64,000 nt of DNA from assembly GCA_900319855.1 (NCBI GenBank), contig ONQC01000010.1, positions 689 through 64,688 on the forward strand, written 5' to 3'. This stretch comes from an uncultured Bacteroidales bacterium (GTDB lineage Bacteria > Bacteroidota > Bacteroidia > Bacteroidales > UBA932). Shown here in pieces: positions 28,254 to 35,367 of the stretch. The translations under genes and the position numbers were made by a program. The notes under the pieces were generated by a model. The model searched no databases, was not told where the DNA came from, and worked only from the letters and a program-made list of their open reading frames with translations. Position 1 is the stretch's first letter. Each line of letters opens with the position of its first letter.

Positions 28254-29399
28254 TTATACGTAATCCTTGACATCCTGCGCGGAGATGACCGGCCCGCCGA
28301 GGATGAGGAGGCGCTCGACGACGTTGCGGAGCTCGCGGATGTTGCCGGGCCATTCGCGCTGTTGCAGCAGGGTGATGGCTTCAGGATCGAACGGCCGGAC
28401 ACTCTTTCCGCTCTCGGCGCAGATCTGTTCTGTGAAGTAATTGACCAACAGGGGGATGTCGTCCTTTCGCTCATCCAGCGAGGGGACGCGGACGATGATG
28501 ACGGAGAGGCGGTGATAGAGGTCTTCGCGGAAGGTGCCTTTCTCGATTTCTGCCTTGAGGTTCTTGTTGGTCGCGGCTACGACGCGCACGTTGACTTCGA
28601 TGTCCTTGTCGCCGCCGACCGGGGTCAGTTTCTTTTCCTGGAGGACGCGGAGCACCTTGGCCTGGGCGGCCAGGGACATGTCTCCGATTTCGTCGAGGAA
28701 GAGGGTGCCGCCGTCGGCCTGCTCGAATTTGCCCTTGTGGTCCTTGACCGCGGAGGTGAAAGAGCCTTTCTTATGGCCGAAGAGCTCGCTTTCAATGAGT
28801 TCGGACGGGATGGCGGCGCAGTTGACCTCGATGTAGGGCATGGCGCTGCGCTGGCTCTGCTGGTGCAGGCTGCGGGCGACCAGTTCCTTGCCGGAGCCGT
28901 TGGGACCGGTGATCAGGACACGGGCGTCGGTCGGGGCGACCTTCCCGATGATGTCGCGGATATGCTGGATCGGCTCGGACTCGCCGATCATCTGCTGGCC
29001 ATAGACTTTCTTCTTGAGGATCTTGTTCTCCTTGGCGAGGTTGGCCTTGTCGGTGGCGTTCTTGATGGTGATGAGGATGCGGTTGAGGTCGAGGGGTTTT
29101 TCGATGAAGTCGAAGGCGCCCTTGTGCATGCATTCCACGGCCGTGGCGATGTCGGCGTGGCCGGAAATCATGACGACCGGGGTCTCGATGCCTTCTTCGA
29201 CCAGCTTGACCAGGACTTCGGTGCCCTCCATCCCGGGCATCTTGATGTCGCAGAAAATCACGTCATACCGTTCTTTCCCGGCCAGTTCCAGACCCTTGGG
29301 GCCGTCTTCGGCCACATCGACCGTATATCCTTCATCCATCAGGATTTCTTTCAGTGAATTGCGGATGGCGCGCTCGTCATCGACTACCAGAATCTTCAT
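28254..29399 (-). CDS. NtrC/NtrX-family response regulator (receiver + sigma54-activator AAA+ domain), no C-terminal HTH
   Basis: MKILVVDDE..CDIKMP receiver; GPNGSGKE, NCAAIP..LIESELFGH, GSFTSA, LFLDEIG, FREDLYHRL, WPGNIRELRNVVERL; ends 16 aa later. Start set at ATG 29399. Confidence 0.92.
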   Translation of the reverse strand: MKILVVDDERAIRNSLKEILMDEGYTVDVAEDGPKGLELAGKERYDVIFCDIKMPGMEGTEVLVKLVEEGIETPVVMISGHADIATAVECMHKGAFDFIEKPLDLNRILITIKNATDKANLAKENKILKKKVYGQQMIGESEPIQHIRDIIGKVAPTDARVLITGPNGSGKELVARSLHQQSQRSAMPYIEVNCAAIPSELIESELFGHKKGSFTSAVKDHKGKFEQADGGTLFLDEIGDMSLAAQAKVLRVLQEKKLTPVGGDKDIEVNVRVVAATNKNLKAEIEKGTFREDLYHRLSVIIVRVPSLDERKDDIPLLVNYFTEQICAESGKSVRPFDPEAITLLQQREWPGNIRELRNVVERLLILGGPVISAQDVKDYV

Positions 29400-29494
29400 A
29401 TGTATCAATCTCTTTACCTGGCGGCTTTCCTGCCGCCGGTCCTTATTCTTACGCAAATATCGGATAAAAATCGCGGACTTTGCACAAATTTTCC

Positions 29495-29502
29495 TAATTT
29501 TG
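29495..29502 (+). promoter_or_regulatory. Bacteroidetes -7 box (TAATTTTG) for cmk-ispH
   Basis: Exact TAnnTTTG about 19 nt upstream of the cmk ATG. Confidence 0.55.
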
Positions 29503-29521
29503 CTTCCTAACAAGCAAATCC

Positions 29522-30211
29522 ATGCAAGTTCCTGATATCATCATCGCCATCGACGGCTTTTCCGCTACCGGAAAAAGCACCCTCGCCAAACTGATTGCAG
29601 AGACGTTTTCCTTCCTGTACCTGGATTCCGGCGCCCTGTACCGCGGGGTGACCCTGTTTGCCCAGGAGAACGGTTACATCGACCCGGACAACACCATCCA
29701 CGAAGCGGAGCTGAAGGCTGCGCTGGATGCGGGTCTGGACCTGCATTTCGGCCTGGACGGCACCTATATCGGCGACCGGCGGATCGAGAAAGAGATCCGG
29801 ACCATGGAGGTCTCCGGCCAGGTGAGCCCGATCGCGGCCGTGCCGTTCGTCCGCGCGTTCGTGGACGGCAAATTGCATGAAGCCGGGGCGAAAGGGCGCG
29901 TGGTGATGGATGGCCGGGATATCGGTACGGCCGTCTTCCCGAACGCCGAGGTGAAGATTTTCGTGACGGCCCGCGACGAGGTCCGGGCCCAGCGGCGCTA
30001 TGACGAGCTGAAGGCGAAGGGGGAGAATCCCGACCTGCAGGAGGTGATGAAGAACCTCGCGGAGCGGGATTACATCGATTCCCACCGGGAGACCAACCCG
30101 CTGCGGCGGGCGGAGGATGCCTATGTGATGGACAACTCCGAGATGACCCTCCATGAGGAGATCGTCTGGACCCAGGGTCTGCTCCAGGGACGTTTCCGCA
30201 TCCTGGAATAA
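29522..30211 (+). CDS. cmk: (d)CMP kinase
   Basis: IAIDGFSATGKST, YLDSGALYR, MDGRDIGTAVFP, RAQRRY, ERDYIDS.R..NPL. Confidence 0.94.
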   Translation: MQVPDIIIAIDGFSATGKSTLAKLIAETFSFLYLDSGALYRGVTLFAQENGYIDPDNTIHEAELKAALDAGLDLHFGLDGTYIGDRRIEKEIRTMEVSGQVSPIAAVPFVRAFVDGKLHEAGAKGRVVMDGRDIGTAVFPNAEVKIFVTARDEVRAQRRYDELKAKGENPDLQEVMKNLAERDYIDSHRETNPLRRAEDAYVMDNSEMTLHEEIVWTQGLLQGRFRILE

Positions 30212-30212
30212 C

Positions 30213-31088
30213 ATGCATTTACAAGTCGAAATCGACGCCCATTCGGGTTTTTGCGGCGGGGTCATCCGGGCCATCGGCCAGGCGGAGGACTATCTGGCCG
30301 CCCATCCCGGAGAGCAGTTGCTGTCCCTGGGATCGATCGTCCACAATGAAGCCGAACTGGAACGCCTGCACGGCAAGGGCCTGCGGACGATTACTTCTTT
30401 GGACGGCCTGTCCGGCGGGTCGGTCCTGATCCGGGCCCATGGCGAGCCGCCGCGCACCTATGCCCAGGCCGCAGAGCAGGGAATCGAATTGATTGACTGT
30501 ACCTGCCCGGTGGTGCTGCAGCTGCAGCGCCGGATCCGGGAAGCGTATACGCGGATGCAGGAGGCTGGGGGACAGGTTGTTATCTTTGGAAAAGTGGGAC
30601 ATGCCGAGGTGCTGGGTCTGGTTGGTCAGGTCGGCGGGGACGCCCTGGTGGTAGAGAACATGTCCATGCTTTCCGAGGCCGTCGACCGCGGGCTTGTCCA
30701 TCCGGACGGACCGGTCGAGGTGTTTTCCCAGACGACGAAGAGCCCTTCGGAATATGCCGCGATCTGTGCGGCGCTGCGTTCTTTCGTGCGGGGGGAGGTT
30801 ACCGTACATGACACCATCTGCAAACAGGTGTCTTCGCGGCATGCCCAGCTGACGGCCTTTGCCCGTTCGCATGATGTGATCATCTTCGTGTCGGGGCGGG
30901 AGAGTTCCAACGGGAAGGTCCTGTACGGGCTGTGCAAAGGGGTGAATGAACGTTCCCACCAGGTGGGCTCCGCGGCGGAGGTGGATCCTTCATGGCTGCG
31001 GGACGGAGACCGGGTCGGGGTCTGCGGGGCGACGAGCACGCCGAAATGGCTGCTGGAGGCGGTCGCGCAGAAAATTTTGCATGTGTAG
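30213..31088 (+). CDS. ispH: 4-hydroxy-3-methylbut-2-enyl diphosphate reductase
   Basis: GFCGGV, GSIVHN, IRAHG, DCTCPVV, GHAEV, SQTT, DTICKQV, SSN, GATSTP. ATG 30213 follows the cmk stop. Confidence 0.94.
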   Translation: MHLQVEIDAHSGFCGGVIRAIGQAEDYLAAHPGEQLLSLGSIVHNEAELERLHGKGLRTITSLDGLSGGSVLIRAHGEPPRTYAQAAEQGIELIDCTCPVVLQLQRRIREAYTRMQEAGGQVVIFGKVGHAEVLGLVGQVGGDALVVENMSMLSEAVDRGLVHPDGPVEVFSQTTKSPSEYAAICAALRSFVRGEVTVHDTICKQVSSRHAQLTAFARSHDVIIFVSGRESSNGKVLYGLCKGVNERSHQVGSAAEVDPSWLRDGDRVGVCGATSTPKWLLEAVAQKILHV

Positions 31089-31099
31089 CGACAAATTAT

Positions 31100-31107
31100 T
31101 ATTTTTG
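31100..31107 (+). promoter_or_regulatory. Bacteroidetes -7 box (TATTTTTG) for efp
   Basis: Exact TAnnTTTG 35 nt upstream of the efp ATG. Confidence 0.6.
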
Positions 31108-31142
31108 CGGGCTGAACGATTATAATTTAACTATTTATCCAT

Positions 31143-31715
31143 ATGGCAACAACTGCAGATTTCAAGAACGGGCTCTATCTGAATTTCAACGGCAAGCCGT
31201 GCTCCATCGTATGGTTCCAGCATGTCAAGCCGGGTAAAGGTCCCGCTTTCGTAAAGACCAAGCTCCGCAACCTGGAGAACGGCCGCATCCTCGAGAATAC
31301 CTTCACCGCCGGTGCCAAGATCGAGACCATCAATGTCGAACATCGTGGTTATCAGTTCCTTTATGCCGATGAAGAAGGTTTCAACTTCATGAACGAAGAC
31401 AACTACGAGCAGATCTCCCTCCCGAAGGACCTCGTCGAGAACGCCGACCTCATGAAGGAAGGCCAGCACGTCGAGATGATCTTCGTGACCGAGCCGGAAG
31501 AGCGCTGCCTCACCTGCGAGCTCCCGACCTACGTGACCCTTCAGGTTACCTATGCCGAGCCTGCCGTCAAGGGCAACACCGCCTCTACCTCCGCCCTCAA
31601 GGAAGTCGAGCTCGAGACCGGTGCCAAGATCATGGTCCCGCTCTTCATCAACACCGACGACATCATCACCGTCAACACCACCGACCGCAGCTACGGTCAG
31701 CGCGTCAACGGTTAA
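31143..31715 (+). CDS. efp: Elongation factor P
   Basis: HVKPGKGPAFV.TKL, FMNE.NYEQ, EPAVKGNTA, LETGA.I.VPLFI. Confidence 0.96.
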   Translation: MATTADFKNGLYLNFNGKPCSIVWFQHVKPGKGPAFVKTKLRNLENGRILENTFTAGAKIETINVEHRGYQFLYADEEGFNFMNEDNYEQISLPKDLVENADLMKEGQHVEMIFVTEPEERCLTCELPTYVTLQVTYAEPAVKGNTASTSALKEVELETGAKIMVPLFINTDDIITVNTTDRSYGQRVNG

Positions 31716-31800
31716 TTCCGCTCCGACCGCAGTCGCATCTCATTGTCGAACGGCTCGTTTCGCTTTGACGTTCAAAGACTGCGCAGCGGTCCCGCCCTAC

Positions 31801-31831
31801 AAGCGGCCACCCTCTCCGGGCGGCCGCTTTT
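31801..31831 (+). terminator. Intrinsic terminator after efp
   Basis: aagcggccaccc-tctcc-gggcggccgctttt (one mismatch). Confidence 0.7.
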
Positions 31832-31885
31832 CGTTTCCTCGGTCGTCACTTCCCGTTTCCTCGCCCGTCCCTTCCCGTCTCCTCA
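31832..31885. repeat. Degenerate 22-nt tandem repeat (2 full copies + partial), pyrimidine-rich on +
   Basis: cgtttcctcggtcgtcacttcc / cgtttcctcgcccgtcccttcc (19/22 identical) / cgtctcctca. Confidence 0.7.
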
Positions 31886-31957
31886 TATGGCCGCCTCATT
31901 TGCACCTTGAGCCGGCTTCCCCATGTACATTCGTTAAGCATTCCTCGCTCAAGACCC

Positions 31958-32073
31958 AAACGGGTGGCATATAAATGCCTATAGGTCAATGAAAACGTGA
32001 ATTTAAAGTGCAGATTTCTGCACTTTAAATTCAGCATCTTTCCGAATAACAATAAGTTGCCTGCCACCCGTTT
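31958..32073. repeat. 116-bp element with concentric inverted repeats
   Basis: Outer perfect 12-bp IR aaacgggtggca (31958-69) / tgccacccgttt (32062-73). Inner 36-bp palindrome tgaatttaaagtgcaga-tt-tctgcactttaaattca (31998-32033). Both centred on 32015/32016. Confidence 0.85.
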
Positions 32074-32166
32074 CTATGTCCGAACATGTCGCCAGCGCTG
32101 CCTCGGGAATGCAGAAGCCCGATTTTGTTCCCGGGGGTCAATGTGAGGCGGAATTGCAACGAGCGA

Positions 32167-32265
32167 GCGGCGCAGGTGTGTTTTTTTCTGCGACACCTGC
32201 GCCGCAAAACAGTATTCTGCGCGCTGAAGCGTCGCAGGTACAACACTCTTTTGCACACCTGCGTC
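32167..32265. repeat. Twin REP-like hairpins sharing CGCAGGT...ACCTGCG arms
   Basis: gcggcgcaggtgt-13nt-acacctgcgccgc (32167-32205) and cgcaggt...acctgcg (32233-32263), with related flanks. Confidence 0.7.
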
Positions 32266-32718
32266 GGGCAACGCCCGGCGGGCGAGCCGGGCCGCTGGGC
32301 CCGAGCCCGGCGAAGCCTGCCGGAGCGTAGCCGCCGCGTCTCGTGGTCGCGCGGCGGCGGTGCAGCAATAAATAATGTCGCGAAAATGTACTATCATCGC
32401 GACATCAATGACAACCGATATCAGGACTTCTTCGTCCTATCTAACTATTGTTCAATATCGGTAAACTTTTTTCAGGACTAGACATTACGACACATTTGGT
32501 AAGAAATGTAATGCGCTAAGGTTCAATGAATTCCGTACTTGTCATGTCGTCAGAATACAACAGGGAGGACGGATAAATGATTGGCTAACAGGGTTTTGCA
32601 TTTTCTGACAATTCCTCTTCGGCCTGTCCTGTGCCGGCTGATGTCACGGGCAAACTTCGGAACGGGCGCGATGCCATTCGTAAAAGGGAGCTTGAAAAGA
32701 TATTGCGCAAAGAATTCT

Positions 32719-32726
32719 TATCTTTG
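32719..32726 (+). promoter_or_regulatory. Bacteroidetes -7 box (TATCTTTG) for the GH43 gene
   Basis: Exact TAnnTTTG 18 nt before ATG 32745; argues against the listed GTG start at 32631. Confidence 0.6.
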
Positions 32727-32744
32727 GGTGATGATAAAGTGACG

Positions 32745-34121
32745 ATGCCCATGTCTCGTATTTCTTCGATTGCCGGCCTGCTGGTTTCCGCGGTCCTTGC
32801 GCCTGCGATCTTTGCCGGCTGTCCGGCGAAAGCCCAGAACCCCATTTCGCCGATGGGGGTGTACATCGCTGACCCGACCGCCCGGGTCGACCGTGACGGG
32901 AAGCTCTATGTCTATGGTTCCCTCGACACCGAGCCGGGAAGTTATTGCTCAAAGGATTACCATGTCCTCTCAAGCAGTGATGCAAAGACCTGGACCCTGC
33001 ATCCGAACCGGTTCTCCTGGAGTGAAACGCTGTACGCCCCGGACCTGATCCGAAAGGGCGACACGTACTATCTGTACTTCGATATCCCGAACGGCGATGA
33101 ATTCGTCGCGGAAGGGAAGGCCCCGACCGGTCCGTTCGGGGATGCCGCGAAAATCGAAGGCCCGAAGCAGATCGACCCGAACATCTTCATCGACGATGAC
33201 GGACAGGCGTATTATTTCTGGGGACAGTTCTCCGGAAAAGGCGCCAAAATGAATCCGGACATGAAAACCCTGGACCTGAACACGATGGTGGATGGTCTCG
33301 TGACGGAGAAGGACCACTTTTTCCATGAGGGGAGTTTTGTCTTCAAGCGCGGGAAATACTATTATTATTTGTATGCGGACATCAGCCGGAACCATCGTCC
33401 CACGAGTCTGGGTTATGCCATGGCGACTTCGCCGCTCGGCCCCTACGTGTACAAGGGCGTGATCATCGACAATGCCGGCTGCGACCCGGAGACCTGGAAC
33501 AACCACGGGTCGATCGTCGAATACAAGGGACAGTGGTACATCTTCTATCACCGCTCCACCCATGCCAGCCGGGCGATGCGAAAGGCTTGCCTCGAGCCCA
33601 TCACCTTCAACGAAGACGGAACGATCGACGAAGTAGAGATGACCTCGCAGGGGGCCGGTGGGCCGCTGGATGCCAACCAGGAAATCGATGCGGCGCGGGC
33701 CTGCCTGCTGCAAGGCCATGCAAGGATTCAGCGCAATGATGAAGAAACAGGCCTCGCCAGGCGGGAGAGAGAAGTGCTGACCGGCATCCGGGACGGGGAT
33801 GCGGCGGCATGGAAGTATCTGGATTTCAGAAAGGGTGCAAAGAAGATCGAGCTCAAGGTAAAACCGGCGGCAGGCGGCGTGATTCGGGTCCGGACCGGAG
33901 CACCCGACGGCCCGGTTCTCGGAACGGTCCGGATCCCTGCTTCCGTGTCTTCTCCGGGACAAAAAGGGGCAAAAGTCGCAGCGGTACCGGAATGGAAAAA
34001 GGTTTCGGCCCGGATCCGGAAAACCAGAGGCGTCCAAGCTCTCTGGCTGACCTTCGAGTCTGGCGGTGATACGCCGACAGAAGAAGACCTTTTCCTCCTC
34101 GATTCCTTCCGGTTCCGGTAA
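32745..34121 (+). CDS. Secreted GH43 glycoside hydrolase (xylosidase/arabinofuranosidase type) with C-terminal CBM6-like domain
   Basis: Signal peptide; IADP (base), QIDP (pKa modulator), FHEG (acid), NNHGSIVEYKGQWYIFYH; CBM6-like WKYLDF..G..IRVR.GAPDGPVLG..LTF..D.FRF. Confidence 0.9.
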   Translation: MPMSRISSIAGLLVSAVLAPAIFAGCPAKAQNPISPMGVYIADPTARVDRDGKLYVYGSLDTEPGSYCSKDYHVLSSSDAKTWTLHPNRFSWSETLYAPDLIRKGDTYYLYFDIPNGDEFVAEGKAPTGPFGDAAKIEGPKQIDPNIFIDDDGQAYYFWGQFSGKGAKMNPDMKTLDLNTMVDGLVTEKDHFFHEGSFVFKRGKYYYYLYADISRNHRPTSLGYAMATSPLGPYVYKGVIIDNAGCDPETWNNHGSIVEYKGQWYIFYHRSTHASRAMRKACLEPITFNEDGTIDEVEMTSQGAGGPLDANQEIDAARACLLQGHARIQRNDEETGLARREREVLTGIRDGDAAAWKYLDFRKGAKKIELKVKPAAGGVIRVRTGAPDGPVLGTVRIPASVSSPGQKGAKVAAVPEWKKVSARIRKTRGVQALWLTFESGGDTPTEEDLFLLDSFRFR

Positions 34122-34178
34122 GATGCCTGGCGCCAGTCTCCGGAATCCTTGCCGGGGAAAAGGATCACGACACCGGCT

Positions 34179-34242
34179 TCCGGAGATAAACAGGGAAGTA
34201 TCCGGAGATAAACAGGGAAATATCCAGAGAAATAAACACGGG
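34179..34242. repeat. 22-nt tandem repeat (2 near-perfect copies + degenerate third), purine-rich on +
   Basis: tccggagataaacagggaagta / tccggagataaacagggaaata / tccagagaaataaacacggg. Confidence 0.8.
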
Positions 34243-34280
34243 CGCGACCGGATACGAGAACGACAGAAACGGATAGAAAC

Positions 34281-34318
34281 AAAAAAGACGGCTTTCCGGA
34301 AGGAAGGTCGCCTTTTTT
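34281..34318. terminator. Bidirectional intrinsic terminator (GH43 on +, candidate sRNA on -)
   Basis: aaaaaa-gacggctttcc-ggaa-ggaaggtcgcc-tttttt. 10/11 pairs on + (2 GU), 9/11 on - (1 GU). Confidence 0.7.
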
Positions 34319-34350
34319 GAACCCTATTATTATCAACTAAACTAACCGAC
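34281..34350 (-). ncRNA. Candidate sigma54-dependent small RNA (~65-70 nt)
   Basis: Lies between a perfect sigma54 promoter and a terminator; no ATG. Predicted sequence GUCGGUUAGUUUAGUUGAUAAUAAUAGGGUUCAAAAAAGGCGACCUUCCUUCCGGAAAGCCGUCUUUUUU. Confidence 0.6.
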
Positions 34351-34359
34351 AAAACAAAT

Positions 34360-34375
34360 TGCAAGTCGCGTGCCA
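34360..34375 (-). promoter_or_regulatory. sigma54 (RpoN) -24/-12 promoter
   Basis: Minus strand TGGCACG-CGAC-TTGCA is an exact match to TGGCACG-N4-TTGCW with GG-N10-GC spacing, in an intergenic position. Confidence 0.8.
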
Positions 34376-34393
34376 AACTTTACGTGTGGGCAC

Positions 34394-34416
34394 AAAAAAA
34401 CCGACTCATCAGTCGG
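34394..34416 (-). terminator. Intrinsic terminator overlapping the DUF4783 stop codon
   Basis: Minus strand ccgact-gatg-agtcgg followed by ttttttt. Confidence 0.7.
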
Positions 34417-34819
34417 ATTTTGCAATTTTCAGCTGCTGGATCTTGTAGCTTTGGTCCTTGATGCTGACGAAGATCGTTACTTCGAAGACCTCTCCGCCGG
34501 CCTTCAGGCGGCCGAGCGCGTATTTCATGTTGCTCCGTCCGGCGGTATGTTCGATGTTGAAGGTGCTCGGCGTGTAAGATTCGAAGAAGGAGCGTACGAT
34601 TTGTTTGGCCTGGTTCCGGCTGGAGTCGTTGGTGTTGGAGAAAACGGTAACTTCCAGATTTTCAGCGAACCAGGCGGAAAGTTTGTCTGCATCGCCGAGC
34701 CGGATGTATTTGGCGATCGGAATGAAGACATCATAGTTGTCCGTCGGCGCCTGGGCACGGGCCGAAACGCCGAGACACAAAGCCAAGGCGGATGCAATGA
34801 CGAGGGGCAGATGCTTCAT
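34409..34819 (-). CDS. DUF4783 domain secreted protein
   Basis: Signal peptide; I.K.I..GDA.KLS.WF..NLE, SRNQAKQI..SFF, F.I.H pattern; typical neighbour of rlmH in Bacteroidetes. Confidence 0.8.
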   Translation of the reverse strand: MKHLPLVIASALALCLGVSARAQAPTDNYDVFIPIAKYIRLGDADKLSAWFAENLEVTVFSNTNDSSRNQAKQIVRSFFESYTPSTFNIEHTAGRSNMKYALGRLKAGGEVFEVTIFVSIKDQSYKIQQLKIAKSD

Positions 34820-34879
34820 TACAAACCTTTACAATAGAATATAGCTACCGCCTTTATTGCAAATTCCGAGCCATCTTGG

Positions 34880-34887
34880 TAAATTTG
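34880..34887 (+). promoter_or_regulatory. Bacteroidetes -7 box (TAAATTTG), 6 nt before the rlmH ATG
   Basis: Exact TAnnTTTG. Confidence 0.55.
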
Positions 34888-34893
34888 CGGCAG

Positions 34894-35367
34894 ATGAAGA
34901 TCACTTTGCTCACTGTCGGCAAGACGGATGTGCGCTGGGTGCGCGAAGGCCTCGACCTCTATGTATCGAGGCTGAAGCATTATGTTCCTTTCGTACTGAA
35001 TGAGATTCCCGAGCTGAAGAATGTCTCCGCCCTTTCCCAGGACCAGATCAAGGAACGCGAAGGCGACCTGGTGCTGGCCGCCCTCAAACCGGGCGATGAG
35101 GTCTATCTGCTCGACGAACACGGGAAACAGTACCGCTCGGTCGATTTCGCCCGTTTCCTGCAGGACCGCATGAGTCGCAGCGGACGGGACCTGGTCTTCG
35201 TCATCGGCGGGGCCTATGGCTTTGCGAAGAAAGTCTATGACCGGGCCGAAGGGAAGGTTTCCCTTTCCGAGATGACGTTCTCCCATCAGATGGTGAGAAC
35301 GATTTTTGCAGAACAGCTCTACCGGGCCTTTACCATTATCAAGGGAGAACCTTATCATCATGAATAA
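34894..35367 (+). CDS. rlmH: 23S rRNA (pseudouridine1915-N3)-methyltransferase
   Basis: MKITLLTVGKT, LLDEHGK, FVIGGAYG, SLSEMTFSHQMVR.IFAEQLYRA..I.KGEPYHHE. Confidence 0.95.
   Translation: MKITLLTVGKTDVRWVREGLDLYVSRLKHYVPFVLNEIPELKNVSALSQDQIKEREGDLVLAALKPGDEVYLLDEHGKQYRSVDFARFLQDRMSRSGRDLVFVIGGAYGFAKKVYDRAEGKVSLSEMTFSHQMVRTIFAEQLYRAFTIIKGEPYHHE

Noticed and set aside
31681-31732. 10-bp direct repeat ccgaccgcag inside and just after the efp 3' end, as a possible att site
   Set aside because: It is too short, both copies are only ~40 nt apart, and there is no integrase or distal copy.
31965-31979. sigma54-like TGGCATATAAATGCC in the concentric element
   Set aside because: GG-to-GC spacing is 9, not the obligatory 10; it is better explained as a small ggcat/atgcc hairpin.
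31846-32481. Short overlapping ORFs in the efp-GH43 gap (73-131 aa)
   Set aside because: They run through palindromes and low-complexity sequence, lack promoter or start context and show no protein-like motifs.
31832-34242. 22-nt repeats and twin hairpins as a CRISPR array
   Set aside because: The repeats are directly tandem without unique spacers, there are at most three copies, and no cas genes are present.
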